Of a stretch of 64,000 bases of DNA, positions 21,801-31,347 are shown piece after piece. The notes below the pieces were generated by a model that did no database searches, had not been told where the DNA came from, and saw only the letters and a program-made list of their open reading frames with translations. Position 1 is the first letter of the stretch, and each line of letters begins with the position of its first letter. Both the position numbers and the translations under genes were made by a program. This DNA comes from Phycisphaerae bacterium (GTDB taxonomy: Bacteria > Planctomycetota > Phycisphaerae > UBA1845 > Fen-1342): the NCBI GenBank assembly GCA_963666925.2, contig CAXXTC010000003.1, positions 37,439 through 101,438 of the forward strand, read 5' to 3'.

Positions 21801-21865
21801 CTGACGACAAACAGCAGGACCAGCGATATAGGCAGAATCCGCCCAGCACCACCACGGAATGTCAT
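15866..21865 (-). CDS. Large secreted protein: M6 (immune inhibitor A)-like metalloprotease, PKD domain, thrombospondin type 3 repeats, C-terminal membrane anchor
   Basis: Signal peptide; [27 protein letters not shown] and [28 protein letters not shown]...FQWNFGDG; many DNCP..N..Q.D.D.DG.GDACD repeats; tail GLCP-TM-RRRR. Confidence 0.8.
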   Translation of the reverse strand: MTFRGGAGRILPISLVLLFVVSLLSDGALADQRKFVIMYAVPGKSIEGGPGSIEVNLDDIRAQYFDTMPDDPDDPDGTIHSFAEYWYEISYGNVVVNGDVFGEAEIPWPIAPDSEIVSWDEEGALPWTELDQSGGFSPFMGEEVSQRYQAIYIDYNGDSPGTATPGYDEWDDAPTPGMIDFDNYTGMAVWTPGERFRDLNGNERYDALVETVRDGWNKELVGGQCDEDGEIEEEEFCDADGDGGWDFPEPFEDFIVIYDPEAGHPASRWKKLDPSWKNESADSKAWSEAYIRANYPGFVGTLGTSDDPASGTGFLGRFGNNQYDGPDDWAELGSSKMQQQPSSAMWLTGVTTEAPEDGAYPWSLQDWWDAYWADRHAMLGLSAGAAPTAPVWNPLIPRLEEFDPADPAIGDPGDGDDLRDFNPNCGGSKARPQQTEEPGDEAEFPYCYPDTEPDEGNCGYDDPDNPNDGPTGQDIDAPIYGDGSIEDWAEQYVDDLNGPVLPDMLDKNDDGTPDYYDGPAEFDDLPSSLYHRRNVSGIGSYTGGSVVLGEGSVSYRNGGDGRPGEVTSVYGTDPWGYDFGPGYDGAPYSPDGNIPAAGPLAYNIHGSGGFDGGNVLNLEFMTWQRDPGTPVTGMACLGNSLYAVDSGLNALLEVNPEYDPTNDQDWLWVQIGEGFGVGGISLIAPSSGVNQLFAIRRAGGGNELWQISTEEGTAAHQADISGLSSQIQDIAYDSVNNLVFASVDVAIGSTQLWAIDPRSGEAVYLGLLGVPTWGTDGLAYYANQLYFIDRAFELPSVVNLETGEWGPINPSDPNPFPYDLTCLAISSDGSTLYAADVADHLIAIDAAGGAVNDDSTFLLGLVVHRVRAMKRDYNLDGLMDMGEVVAAGTENYIMDADYSTARDGGPHSEYPYNRRRLTEDTVAALDSATDWDNVIMPVGTGANRHNFLHSVILIPGEAIPDGIGSAGGRPLFVLPAPDMNLPINIVEGDIGNPLSPIYFSDWVHPLGGTTETGEQLNPGEYAKAGTAHEWLHVWESYPDLYDYDEYNPGGGIINKPVGGWDIMSGGFVHPTPPLKQYFLGSASLGTDHTPWISVTDLRDVINPREEAELVFPDFAFNSNDSVFTFQNPDLLGDDPDAAGERFYFWRLTQDVPADPYRINFSRYAPGGQLTGSGDGEGLLIMHTDFGENAEASPVQQRLGSHFSYNVLQADGLQQLENGENSGDAGDPFPGTSDIREWNNDTDPSSRWWGQVESGIAIRDIQYEGDDLVVTFYWKPRLVPELEFSRPPVGELPTARLRYKAFDFYGGTELYFYYDSDNVGHDGAQFVEGVQYKSQPGLESMFYEFDPSQMPDGVFYFYAKLVPGVGADGTEPANSEPRADVDNHARGQVTVTDVDTEQSFLETLTLTCVDHAVVGAEEWSVEGRVSGIHSRAVTNQPFVTDSGVSLLIEYTDEAVAGSDGELSDDDGVYTLTIPSANFDATEFRAGDQVRIIAGDGAVPGFYRILSVPAPTQLRLANNAGSGSNISYRVHAFSSGDGTRLPDRYTLMTTGKTGYSLPVEFSGGDIVPRVYPVLEVSYPEDETNPGRRVPLLVRFDASESLDEFGSQSSSLTFQWNFGDGSGGTGSVVEYLYESSSTDLSNGAYTVTLTVRNNATGREGVVTADIVVNPEFVDTDNDGIEDAEDNCPDFPNVDQTDSDGDELGNACDNCPYVDNPGQGDVDGDGIGDACDNDNDNDGYLNNDDNCPNTHNPDQTDTDDDGLGDACDPDLDDDGVPNATDNCPYEYNPGQGDFDGDGDGDACDNDSDNDGIPDAQDNCPLIYNPSQMDTNNDGTGDACEPDSDGDGVPDVFDNCPNVSNADQGDTDGDGIGNRCDNCVFEPNTAQIDSDGDGIGDACDNCPGVANLLQLDSDGDGIGDSCDAVDDGADDGTDDGTGDDAGDDTGDDTGDDSGDSSQDQPSTGDDDSSDLNPNTGLCPTTSVLMLTLTLAGLLRARSSYRRRR
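16110..16855 (-). repeat. Thrombospondin type 3 (Ca-binding) repeat array
   Basis: Eight DNC-initiated units of the form DNC(P/V)xxxNxxQxDxDxDGxGDACD in the translation. Confidence 0.9.
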
Positions 21866-22419
21866 GACTACAATCTCCGTATTCCCGGATTAATCCCGCT
21901 CAGGTTCATAGAACTCAGGCTTCGTTCGGTCACCTCGTAATCTTATCGCCGCTGCAAAAACTAGTCCACCGAAATCGGTTCCGGCAAACCGCGCAGCCCT
22001 AGCTCACATCGGATCTTACAAGCCCGCGCTCCAGGCCCGCGCCTCGCTCAACCACCCGATCGAGCCAGCTCATCGCCGTTTCCAGGCTCCACGCCCCGAT
22101 CTGCGGCCTCAAACCACGCTCTTATCGCTCGCACACCGCCCGCCCCAGGGCCGCGCCACGACGTCACAATCCTCGCATGCGTTTCCGGACCACATGTTAC
22201 GGGACACTTGGTCGTCACACTCGCTCACCGCCCCCCCGACCCGCGACACCACCCCCCAGACCAACCAACCAACCAGCACCACACCACCGGGCAACGTCCG
22301 ATTTTCAGGCGCCCAACACACCTGCGTCCGCCCATTGGCCACGCCGATCACACCCGCTATCGTAAGCACGCCGGCACGCTGCCGCATCCTGAAACACGCG
22401 CATCAACCACCCGGTTATC

Positions 22420-23388
22420 GTGAACTCGAACCAACCTCCGCCAGATCAGTCCAACACACACACGCCGCTCGTGGCCATCTGCGTCATCACTCTCCGGCGT
22501 CCGGACGGACTACGCCGCCTGATCGAGAGCCTCACCACCCTCACCTTCCCCACACACCCGGCACGCATTGAGCTGATCATCGTCTCCAACGACGCCGACC
22601 AGAACCTCGACGCATTGAGTGCTGATCTGCGCCGGCTGACCGATTTGCCGCTCCGCTGCGCCATAGAGCCGCGCCGCGGCATCCCTTTCGCGCGCAATCG
22701 CTCCGTCGCACTCGTACCCGAAGAGGCCGACTTCGCTCTCTTCGTCGACGATGATGAAACCGTCACGCCCAACTGGCTCGACGAACTCCTGCGCGTCCAG
22801 GCCGAACACAACGCCGATGTCGTCGCCGGCCCCGTCGTGCCCCACTTCATGCAAACCCCGCCGGACTGGATCATCCGCGGACGCTTTCTCGAACTCCACC
22901 GCCATCACACCGGCGCTACCATTGATCGCGCGTTCACCGGCAACGCACTCGTTCGCACCACCGTCCTCCGTAACATGTCGCCCCCCTTCGACGAGCGCCT
23001 GGCGCTCACCGGCGGCAGCGACACGCACTTCTTCCGCCGCGTCCATGCCGCCGGCTATCACATGGTCTGGGCTGACGAAGCCATCGCCTATGACTGGGTA
23101 CCACCTTCCCGCATAACCACCCACTGGATTTTGCAACGCGCTTACCGCTACGGCGTCAACACGCCGCTCATCGAAAAGGCCGTCGGCCGCGCCAGCCTCG
23201 TCGTTCCACGCACCGCACTCATCGGCGTATACCGCATCCTCAAGGGCACGATCTTCCTGCTCCCAAGCCTTTTCCTCGGTCGCCACCAAGTGGTAACGTA
23301 CCTCCGCCATATCTGCTATGGTGCCGGAATGCTCGCCGGCCTCTGCGGCTCGCGCTACGATGAGTATCAGCGCACTCACGGAACCTGA
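22420..23388 (+). CDS. GT2 glycosyltransferase (ExoM-like)
   Basis: ICVITLRRP, EPRRGIPFARN, FVDDDE, GGSDTHFF. Confidence 0.9.
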   Translation: MNSNQPPPDQSNTHTPLVAICVITLRRPDGLRRLIESLTTLTFPTHPARIELIIVSNDADQNLDALSADLRRLTDLPLRCAIEPRRGIPFARNRSVALVPEEADFALFVDDDETVTPNWLDELLRVQAEHNADVVAGPVVPHFMQTPPDWIIRGRFLELHRHHTGATIDRAFTGNALVRTTVLRNMSPPFDERLALTGGSDTHFFRRVHAAGYHMVWADEAIAYDWVPPSRITTHWILQRAYRYGVNTPLIEKAVGRASLVVPRTALIGVYRILKGTIFLLPSLFLGRHQVVTYLRHICYGAGMLAGLCGSRYDEYQRTHGT

Positions 23389-23410
23389 CGCCGACACCAG
23401 GACCAGCCGA

Positions 23411-24331
23411 ATGAACATAGCTGTCTGTGCTCTGACCTTCCGACGCCCCGACGGACTGGCCCGTCTGCTGGAAGGGCTTGCCCAGCAACAATTCACCACC
23501 GTCGAGCCGGACTTCTCGATAAACATCGTCGACAACGACCCGGAAGGCAGCGGCGAGAAAACCTGCGACGCTTGGCGCGATCGGCTGCGCTGGCCGCTCA
23601 ACTACGTCATAGAACCGCGCCGCGGCATCGCGTTTGCTCGCAACGCCGCCCTCGACGCCGGCCGCGGCACCACCTGGCGCGTTTTCATCGACGACGACGA
23701 GGTCCCCAACCCCGATTGGCTCGACCAACTCATCCGCGTACAGCGCGAATATGACGCCGACGTCGTCGGCGGCCCCGTCATTCCTCATCTGCCCGATGAC
23801 ACCCCCGAGTGGATCGGCCGCGGCGGGTTCTTCAATCGCCGTCGCCACCCCACCGGACAACGCCTGCCCCACGCCTTTACCAACAACGTCCTCTTCCGCT
23901 CCAGCATCCTCGACGAGCTCAATCTGCGCTTCAACGAACGCTGGGCCCTGATGGGCTGCGAAGACCGCGCTTTCTTCCAAACCATCGGCATGGCCGGCTA
24001 CCGCATCATCTGGGCCGACCAGGCCATTGTCACCGAGTGGATCCCCCCGACCCGCGCCACCGCCGAGTGGCTCATCCAACGCCACTACCGCGTCGGTAAC
24101 ACCACCGCCTTCGTCGAGCTCGACCTGCGGCCAGCCTGGAAAATGCGCCCCCTGCTGCTTGCCAAGAGCGCCGTCTGGGCCCTCATCGGCCTCGGCTTGC
24201 AAGTCGCCGGTCCCTTCGGTGACGAAATCCTGCGCCTCCGCGGAAAACGGGCCAGCGCCTACGCTCGCGGCCTGCTCACCGGCGTTCGCGGCATCCCCTT
24301 TGAGGAATACCGTACCACCCATTCCGTCTGA
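23411..24331 (+). CDS. GT2 glycosyltransferase (ExoM-like), tandem paralogue
   Basis: VCALTFRRP, EPRRGIAFARN, FIDDDE, GCEDRAFF; alternative start at 23360. Confidence 0.9.
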   Translation: MNIAVCALTFRRPDGLARLLEGLAQQQFTTVEPDFSINIVDNDPEGSGEKTCDAWRDRLRWPLNYVIEPRRGIAFARNAALDAGRGTTWRVFIDDDEVPNPDWLDQLIRVQREYDADVVGGPVIPHLPDDTPEWIGRGGFFNRRRHPTGQRLPHAFTNNVLFRSSILDELNLRFNERWALMGCEDRAFFQTIGMAGYRIIWADQAIVTEWIPPTRATAEWLIQRHYRVGNTTAFVELDLRPAWKMRPLLLAKSAVWALIGLGLQVAGPFGDEILRLRGKRASAYARGLLTGVRGIPFEEYRTTHSV

Positions 24332-24358
24332 GCAGCTCGACCAGGCCAATCGAACCGT

Positions 24359-26695
24359 CTACTGCCCCGCCCGAATGCGCTCCAGCAACCGACGCGTCGG
24401 ATTGTGATTTGGTGCCACTTCCAACGCCCGTTCCAGGTCAGCAATCGCCCCGGCACGATCCCCCTTGAGCAATAACGCCCGCGCCCGATGGTAGTGCGCT
24501 AACACGTGCCGCTCATCCAGCGCCAGCGCTGCCTGAAGATCACGCAGCGATTCGTCAACCCGGTCAAGCTCTATCAGAACATACGCCCGGTTGCAGTACG
24601 CGTCCGGAAACGTCGAATCCAAAGCCACCGCCGCCGAATACTCCTGCAACGCCTCCTCCCAACGCTGCTGGCTCAAAAGCAGATTGCCATACTCGTAATG
24701 CGCCACCGGCTCGCGCGGATGCACTCGAAGAAAACGCTTAAACGCCGCCTCCGCTTCCGCCCAGCGCTGCTGCCCAACCAACGCCTGGGTCAGGCAGCGG
24801 AACCCGTCGACGTCTTCCGGATGGTCCTTCAGGTACACTTCCAGACGATCAACGGCATCCTCCACTTCCTCAGTCGTCAGCAGTTGCCACAACTGCCCCG
24901 CACGCGTTTCGCCCAGACGCACACCGGCACCACGAACCCAGGCCAACTCCCGCCACGTGAACAGGTACTCGATGCCATACCGATCAAGCAGTTCCCGGCG
25001 CTCCGTCTCCGGCGTGCGGTCGCTCAACATCTGCCAAACGTCTTTCCGCTTGCGCTGCAACCCTGGCACACCCATGCTGCCGCGCCGCGGCGCAATCAGG
25101 CGACAATCATACGCCTGTACCAGGCGCATTCCCCGGCCGGGATCGGCCAGCACGGTCGCCCCCGGGGGCAGGTGTTCCGCCAGCATCCTGCGCGTGTCGC
25201 GCACCAGCTCGCGCGTGAACGTGCGCTCGCGCGCCGTGCTTGCAGCTATCGCGCCGTAGGTCCGCCAGTCGTACGGAGCGTTCTGAGGAATCATGTGCAG
25301 CGACAACGGAATCACCGCCAGCGAAAGAACGCTTTGCAGCCAGCGCACCCGAATCCAGCGCTGTCCCAACAGGGCCGCCACCGCCCCCGGCACAAACACC
25401 ACCAGCAGGCTATACCACACGATCTCGAGCCGCCGGAGAATCCAGCCCTCACTCAGCACGCGAATTGCCGCCGAACACAGCGGCGGAAAAAAGAAAATCG
25501 CCGCCGCGATCGCCGCCACACTCATCAGCAGCACCGTCTCGCGCTCCCGCCGAACGAGCCACGCGCACGTCACCCCACCCGCCAGCCAGAGCAAGCGGTA
25601 GCCGTGCCATCCGCCGAACCCGCGCCGCGGGTCACGAATCAGCATGTCGTCGCCGACGCGAATGAAGTGTTCCCAATTAACCGACGGTTCGACAGCTGTC
25701 TGCGCCGCCGCTCTCGCACGCGCCGGGCGGGCCCGGTTCACCTGAGTCGCAATGGTCAGCGGCATACACACCAGCAGCGCCGCGGCAGCAGCCCCCAGCA
25801 ACCCGGCGCCGGGCCGACGCTGAACCAGGTACAGCACCGCCAGCACCCCCAACACCGGCCCCAGCAATATCAGCGCAAAACCGCCATACAGCACATGCAA
25901 CTGGCTCAGCAGAAGCGCTCCACCCGCCAGTTTGATCACCGGCCTCCAGCTCGGCCGCCGCCACAGCTCAACCACAAATGCAAACATGAATACCAGCACG
26001 CACAGCGGCGCCAGCTTGTTGGGATAGGGCAGAAACCGCACTGGCCCCTGCGCCACCAGCACGAACACCGCCACCGTCCACGCCGGCCAGTGCCGCTCGA
26101 ACACCGTCCACGCCAAGTAGAAACTGGCGCCAACCACCAGCAGCTTGGCCAGCGGCAAAGCCATCATCCACACCGACAAGTAATCACCGCCGGTGAGCTG
26201 GGCCCCCGCCGCACACAACGCATGCAGAATATTGGTGTGATAAATGGGGTAGAAAAATTCGCCCGCCACGACCGGGTCGAGGTTGCTGAGCCCGTGATCC
26301 AGCAAAAAACGAACACGCCCGAGATGTACGATGGCGTCCCCGCCGAGAATCGTGCCCACCCGCGCGCTGCCGACCAGATCGATCAACAGCAACAGTAGTT
26401 CCACCCCCAGCGCTCCCATTAACAACTGCCCCATCCGGCGCCAGTGCCCGCCGCGAACAATCTCCACCAGCCCTGCCGCCACCAGCAGCACACACCAGGC
26501 CGACAGTATGATCAGCGGGAAGCGCAGCCAATACCCGGCAATCGCCACCGGCGAGATCAGCACGAACGTCGCCAGGTATGACAACGCCAGCACGCCCGGC
26601 AAACCTGACTTCAGCTCATCCCTGTCAAACCGACACAGCAGCGCATAACCAGGAATGACTAGCGCAGCCCAGAAAAGCAGCGGAAAATAACTCAT
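24359..26695 (-). CDS. Multi-TM membrane protein with C-terminal TPR repeats
   Basis: About 500 aa of TM segments (GGDAIVH loop), then TPR consensus units (AHYEYGNLL, AYCNRAYVL, AHYHRARAL). Confidence 0.75.
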   Translation of the reverse strand: MSYFPLLFWAALVIPGYALLCRFDRDELKSGLPGVLALSYLATFVLISPVAIAGYWLRFPLIILSAWCVLLVAAGLVEIVRGGHWRRMGQLLMGALGVELLLLLIDLVGSARVGTILGGDAIVHLGRVRFLLDHGLSNLDPVVAGEFFYPIYHTNILHALCAAGAQLTGGDYLSVWMMALPLAKLLVVGASFYLAWTVFERHWPAWTVAVFVLVAQGPVRFLPYPNKLAPLCVLVFMFAFVVELWRRPSWRPVIKLAGGALLLSQLHVLYGGFALILLGPVLGVLAVLYLVQRRPGAGLLGAAAAALLVCMPLTIATQVNRARPARARAAAQTAVEPSVNWEHFIRVGDDMLIRDPRRGFGGWHGYRLLWLAGGVTCAWLVRRERETVLLMSVAAIAAAIFFFPPLCSAAIRVLSEGWILRRLEIVWYSLLVVFVPGAVAALLGQRWIRVRWLQSVLSLAVIPLSLHMIPQNAPYDWRTYGAIAASTARERTFTRELVRDTRRMLAEHLPPGATVLADPGRGMRLVQAYDCRLIAPRRGSMGVPGLQRKRKDVWQMLSDRTPETERRELLDRYGIEYLFTWRELAWVRGAGVRLGETRAGQLWQLLTTEEVEDAVDRLEVYLKDHPEDVDGFRCLTQALVGQQRWAEAEAAFKRFLRVHPREPVAHYEYGNLLLSQQRWEEALQEYSAAVALDSTFPDAYCNRAYVLIELDRVDESLRDLQAALALDERHVLAHYHRARALLLKGDRAGAIADLERALEVAPNHNPTRRLLERIRAGQ

Positions 26696-26931
26696 GCACA
26701 CACTCGCTGGACAGGCCGCCACCAGCATCACAACCAAAACAAATGGTTGTCGTCCACTATATGGTTGTGTCCACGAGGTTCAAGACCCCCACCCGATCCA
26801 CGCCCAACGCGAGCGATTATCGGCTCGGCACACAATTACCGACATTCACAGTGTCGCGAACCTGAAATCTCCGCCACCACCATCAGCGGGCAATGTTTCA
26901 CCGGCAAATGAAGCTGCGCCGCACGGATCGA

Positions 26932-27837
26932 TCAGGTCAGTGCGACGTAGGGTTGACTGCGTGTGTAGCCCGCCTCCTGGGCACGGAGATCCAGGTGAAG
27001 CGTGATAATGTCCTGGACAACGGCGCAACCCGCGTCGCCACCGCGAAACCGGCGCCGGTCCGTGGTCTTGACGTAGCCCCCGCAGACACTGCAGTACTCG
27101 ACCCACCAGGGAACATCATCCGTCTTGCCAAGAACCGTCAGTTGGTTTTCGTCACAGTTGCCGCAAAACGGGCAGGTTCTGCGACTGGCCGGCATGCCGA
27201 AACCACACAGCGAACAACACAGCGTGCGCCGCCCAACTTGTCCATCGAGAATGGCGAGGGTCGGGTGGGCGCCGCAAACCACGCATCCGCCACTGATGCC
27301 GCGGGCCGGAGCAGAACCGGCCCGGCGCTGAATAGCCACCTCACCGGTGGCACGAACAAAGGGAGCGCCAATCAGACGACCCAAATACCCGAGCCCAACG
27401 GGCGAGACAGACAACTCGTCCGCCAGATCATCGACCTCCGCGCCGGCACGCGGGAAGCAGGCCCGACGAATGGTCTCCTGGAGAACGGCGGCGTCAACGC
27501 GTGCGGAATCCGCCAGAACCTGGGCAACATCGTAAGCCAGCGAGTCGCGCTCCATGTATTTGGACAAGGTGGCCAACAGAGTAGTGAGCATCTCCGGCGG
27601 AAGCGTCACGTCGGGGCCGGTGATCAGCGGCGTGCGCGTCTCGCCAACCTCCTCGGCCGTCACAACCTTGCCGGGCACGTCCTGGAGCCGAGCCCAGACC
27701 GCCCACTGCGCCTCAAGGACACGCTGGCGATAATGCACGTAGGGCACAGCAATCACCGGCTGACCGATAATGCGTTGCAGGGCGGAACGGATATCGTCAA
27801 GGCCGGGTTGGGGATATCCTTCCAGACTCAGGCTCAT
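26932..27837 (-). CDS. fdhE: Formate dehydrogenase accessory protein FdhE
   Basis: CVVCG, R.L.CSLCG, RRTCPFCG, CSVCGGYVK, LHLDLRAQEAGY pattern. Confidence 0.85.
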   Translation of the reverse strand: MSLSLEGYPQPGLDDIRSALQRIIGQPVIAVPYVHYRQRVLEAQWAVWARLQDVPGKVVTAEEVGETRTPLITGPDVTLPPEMLTTLLATLSKYMERDSLAYDVAQVLADSARVDAAVLQETIRRACFPRAGAEVDDLADELSVSPVGLGYLGRLIGAPFVRATGEVAIQRRAGSAPARGISGGCVVCGAHPTLAILDGQVGRRTLCCSLCGFGMPASRRTCPFCGNCDENQLTVLGKTDDVPWWVEYCSVCGGYVKTTDRRRFRGGDAGCAVVQDIITLHLDLRAQEAGYTRSQPYVALT

Positions 27838-27949
27838 GTGGCACCTCGTCACGCGTATCAATCGGCGTAGCATTGTACACACCGGATCACCAAACCGGCA
27901 GGGCCCGTGAGCGGCGTGTCCCGCATGGGGCGGGCATCTGCGGACCGGG

Positions 27950-28858
27950 ATGATGAACGCAACGAACACGAACACCAGAACAGTTATAGGGCTGGGCGAG
28001 GTGCTCTGGGACTGCTTCCCGGATCAGCACCGACCGGGCGGTGCACCCGCCAACGTCGCCTATCACGCCCAGCAGCTCGGCCTGCGCGGCCTAATCTGCT
28101 CACGCGTGGGTAACGACCCGCCAGGGGCGGAGCTGCGCAGCCATTTGCATGAGCACGGCCTCGACCTGAGCTGCGTGCAAATCGATCCGGACCACCCCAC
28201 CGGAACCGTAGACGTCACCATGACCAGCCGCGATGCCCCGGCATATACAATTCAAACGAATGTCGCGTGGGATTTCCTGAGTATTGATGCCAACTGGGCC
28301 GAGGCCCTGAAGGGGGCCGCCGCCATCTGTTTCGGCACGCTCGCACAACGCAGCGCGCATAACCGAGCAACACACGCCCGGGCGTTTTCGCTCGCACCGG
28401 AGGCGCTGCTGGTCTACGACGTCAACCTGCGGGCACCGTTCTATGAGGCCGACTGGCTGGACGCATCACTGCGCCGAGCGGATGTGATCAAGCTCAACGA
28501 AGCGGAACTGCAAACACTGGACGAGTTGCTGCACATCGGCGGAACGAACATTGAAGAGCAGACACGCCGGCTGCGCGAGCGCTATGGCGCCCGGCTGGTA
28601 TGCGTAACGCGCGGCGCAGCAGGCTGCTTGCTGAGCTCGGCCGATGCGACCATCAGCGACACTCCGCCCACAATCAAGATCGCGGACACAGTCGGCGCCG
28701 GCGACGCGTTCAGCGCCGGGCTGATCTATGGCCTGCTCAATGACTGGCCTCTGGCAAAGATGGCCTCGTTCGCAAACCGCCTGGCGGGATTGGTCGTCGC
28801 ACGCCACGGCGCAATGCCAAACCTGGAAAACGCTCTGCCCCGGCTGCCACAGCTATGA
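27950..28858 (+). CDS. PfkB carbohydrate kinase (fructokinase-like)
   Basis: GLGEVLWD, PGGAPANVA, FGTLAQR, DVNLR, DTVGAGDAF. Confidence 0.9.
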   Translation: MMNATNTNTRTVIGLGEVLWDCFPDQHRPGGAPANVAYHAQQLGLRGLICSRVGNDPPGAELRSHLHEHGLDLSCVQIDPDHPTGTVDVTMTSRDAPAYTIQTNVAWDFLSIDANWAEALKGAAAICFGTLAQRSAHNRATHARAFSLAPEALLVYDVNLRAPFYEADWLDASLRRADVIKLNEAELQTLDELLHIGGTNIEEQTRRLRERYGARLVCVTRGAAGCLLSSADATISDTPPTIKIADTVGAGDAFSAGLIYGLLNDWPLAKMASFANRLAGLVVARHGAMPNLENALPRLPQL

Positions 28859-29069
28859 TACCGGACGCAACCGCCTTCGACTCGTGCGCGAAAACAGACG
28901 ATAACACCAGCGGTGCCAACCGACGGTCCCGCACCGCCACGACGCGCAGAAACTGCGCTGCGGGCCTGGTAACCGGTGGGCGGTTGGGTAGGATGCGCGC
29001 GGACGACCTGCCGGGACAGGCCCGGCGGGCGACGCCTTGGCCCGAGTTGACCACAGGGAGCGCCGACTG

Positions 29070-29810
29070 ATGAAATTCGAGCGACTGGTGGCCACCGATC
29101 TCGACGGTACCTTCATTGGCGACGACGACGCGATGTTCGAACTCTGGCAGGCGCTGGAGGATCGCGGCATCGGCGTCGCTTTCTCCACCGGACGCCACTT
29201 GAAGTCCATCCAGGATTTCTATGCCGAGAAACAGGCCCAGCGCCGCGCCAGCGTCTGCGTGTGCATGGTCGGCACCGACATCTGGTATCGCAACGGCAGC
29301 GACCCGGAGTACACGCCCGACGAGCAGTGGCACGAGCAAATCAGCGCCGCCTGGAACAAGAACGCCGTCGAGCGGATCCTGCATTCGATCCCCGAAGCCG
29401 AAATGCAGGACCAGCAGTGGCAGTCGCCGTTTAAAAGCTCCTATTACCTGGAACAGAACGCGCCCGCCCGGCTGGAGGAGATCCATAGCAAGCTATCGGA
29501 CGCAGGCTTGCAGGCCAAGGTCGTCTACTCGGCCGACCGCTTCCTCGACCTCCTCCCAATCCGCTCAGGTAAGGGCGGGGCGATCCGCTATCTGGCCGAA
29601 CGCGTCGGCACCAAGCCCGAAAACGTCGTCACCTGTGGCGATACCGGCAACGATCTGGACATGATGCGCCCGGAACTCGGATTCCGCAGCATCGCCGTCG
29701 GCAACGCCGCCCCGGAATTGAAGGCTTTCGAAGCCCCGCAGGTCTATCATGCCCAGGACAACTTCGCCGCGGGTATCCTCGAGGGTCTGAAAAAAATCGG
29801 CTGGTTATAG
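29070..29810 (+). CDS. HAD-IIB sucrose/mannosylfructose-6-phosphate phosphatase
   Basis: ATDLDGT, STGR, Q.PFKSSYY, LDLLP..GKG, CGDTGNDLDM; resembles SPP/MfppA. Confidence 0.85.
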   Translation: MKFERLVATDLDGTFIGDDDAMFELWQALEDRGIGVAFSTGRHLKSIQDFYAEKQAQRRASVCVCMVGTDIWYRNGSDPEYTPDEQWHEQISAAWNKNAVERILHSIPEAEMQDQQWQSPFKSSYYLEQNAPARLEEIHSKLSDAGLQAKVVYSADRFLDLLPIRSGKGGAIRYLAERVGTKPENVVTCGDTGNDLDMMRPELGFRSIAVGNAAPELKAFEAPQVYHAQDNFAAGILEGLKKIGWL

Positions 29811-29943
29811 GTTGACCCCAGCCTGCCAACCCGACACCTCGACGACCCACCCACTATAATCCGCAACGTCTTTTGTGCCGATGCACACCACAGCGTACGT
29901 AAACCGGCCGGCAACCGGCACTAATCCAGCTTGAGAGCATCAG

Positions 29944-31347
29944 ATGTCCCCTGAGCAGATCTTCCATCAACATCGCAACCGCCGACATGTACTCCAGATC
30001 ACCAACCACGGCGTGCACGAGTGGCACGTCGTGCCGGGCTTGCCCGATACCGGCGGCCAGAACGTATACGTTAACCAGTTCACCGAAGCCCTCATCAAGC
30101 TGGGCTACCGCGTGACGATCGTTAACCGCGGGGGCTATCCGCACCCGGTCACGGGCGAGCCGCGCACGGGCGAACATTATCACCCCTCGGGCCTGGCCCG
30201 CATCGTCTACCTGACCGACGGACACCCGGAGTTCGTCCGCAAGGAAGACATGGCCGAGCACCTGCCCGCTCTCGCCGAGGATCTGCACCGCGTGCTGCAC
30301 AGAGAGCAGGACTATTTCGACCTGATCATCTCGCACTACTGGGACGCGGGCGTACTGGGCGCGCTGGTCAACAAGAACGGCGACGGCACGCGGATGGCCC
30401 CGCACGTATGGGTACCCCACTCGCTCGGTGCAATCAAGAAACGCAACATGCACCCCTCCACGTGGGCCAACCTGCGCATCGACGAACGCATCGAGCAGGA
30501 AAAGAAGCTGCTCCCGTCACTCGACGGCTGCGTGGCCACCTCCACCGCCATCCGCGATTCGTTCCGCGACGACTACGATTGGGACGCCAAGTACTTCCTG
30601 CCGCCCTGCGTCGACACTGATCGTTATCGCCCCATGGAGCCGGCCGAATTCGCCAGCATCTGGTCCTTCCTGGCCGGACTTTCGCCGCTGAGTGCGGAAG
30701 AACTGCAACAGCGCAAGATCATCACCGAAATCAGCCGAACGGACAAAACCAAGCGTAAGGACGTGCTCATCAAGGCATTCGCCGCAGTGAGACAGGAGGT
30801 TCCGGACGCGCTGTTGGCGGTGTCGATCGACCCGAAATCGCCGGAGCTGCACGAGTCATTGCTCAAGCTGGTTGCGGAGCTGGGGCTGGAACGCGACGTG
30901 ATCGTGCTCGGCTCGATCTGGGAACAGTTGCCGATGCTCTATAACGTCACGTCGGTGTACTGCACGCCCTCGGTTATGGAGGGGTTCGGCATGAGCGCCC
31001 AGGAAGCGGCCTCGTGCGGCAAGCCGGTGGTGGCTTCGAACCTGGTGCCCTACGTCTGCGAGTATCTGCTCGGGGCGCAATCGAAGGATGTCGCGACCAG
31101 CCTGGATGGCGGCCCGCTGGGCTACCTGCTGGGTGAGGGCGGCATCGTCGTCATGTCCGACTTCGTCGAGGGATTCGCCGCCGCCCTGACACGCCTGCTT
31201 CAGGACGAAGAGCTGCGCGTCCAGATGGGCCGGCGGGCGTACGACATCACCATTCCCTACTTCACCTGGGAAGCCCGCACCAGCGACCTGCTCGATGATC
31301 TCGGGCTGACGCCGACGCGACACGGAGACGAGGTGGAGATCGCATGA
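29944..31347 (+). CDS. GT4 glycosyltransferase, sucrose-phosphate-synthase-like
   Basis: NHG..PGLPDTGGQNVYV, SHYWDAG, PHSLG, EGFGMSAQE (E-X7-E). Confidence 0.85.
   Translation: MSPEQIFHQHRNRRHVLQITNHGVHEWHVVPGLPDTGGQNVYVNQFTEALIKLGYRVTIVNRGGYPHPVTGEPRTGEHYHPSGLARIVYLTDGHPEFVRKEDMAEHLPALAEDLHRVLHREQDYFDLIISHYWDAGVLGALVNKNGDGTRMAPHVWVPHSLGAIKKRNMHPSTWANLRIDERIEQEKKLLPSLDGCVATSTAIRDSFRDDYDWDAKYFLPPCVDTDRYRPMEPAEFASIWSFLAGLSPLSAEELQQRKIITEISRTDKTKRKDVLIKAFAAVRQEVPDALLAVSIDPKSPELHESLLKLVAELGLERDVIVLGSIWEQLPMLYNVTSVYCTPSVMEGFGMSAQEAASCGKPVVASNLVPYVCEYLLGAQSKDVATSLDGGPLGYLLGEGGIVVMSDFVEGFAAALTRLLQDEELRVQMGRRAYDITIPYFTWEARTSDLLDDLGLTPTRHGDEVEIA

Noticed and set aside
11257..21940. Long plus-strand ORFs opposite sucB, sucA and the 1999-aa gene (e.g. 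11257-13161, 13655-15601, 17051-19018)
   Set aside because: Antisense shadows of clear genes in high-GC DNA; Arg/His/Pro-rich with no motifs
21980..22030. GGCAAACC as the start of a c-di-GMP-I riboswitch
   Set aside because: No GAAA tetraloop or GACGCAAAGC element follows
22261..22274. (CCAA)n microsatellite
   Set aside because: Only about 3.5 units in a C/A-skewed spacer; too short to suggest phase variation
26754..26770. NrdR-box-like CCACTATATGGTTGTGT
   Set aside because: Needs a one-base deletion to fit, single copy, and no nrd gene nearby
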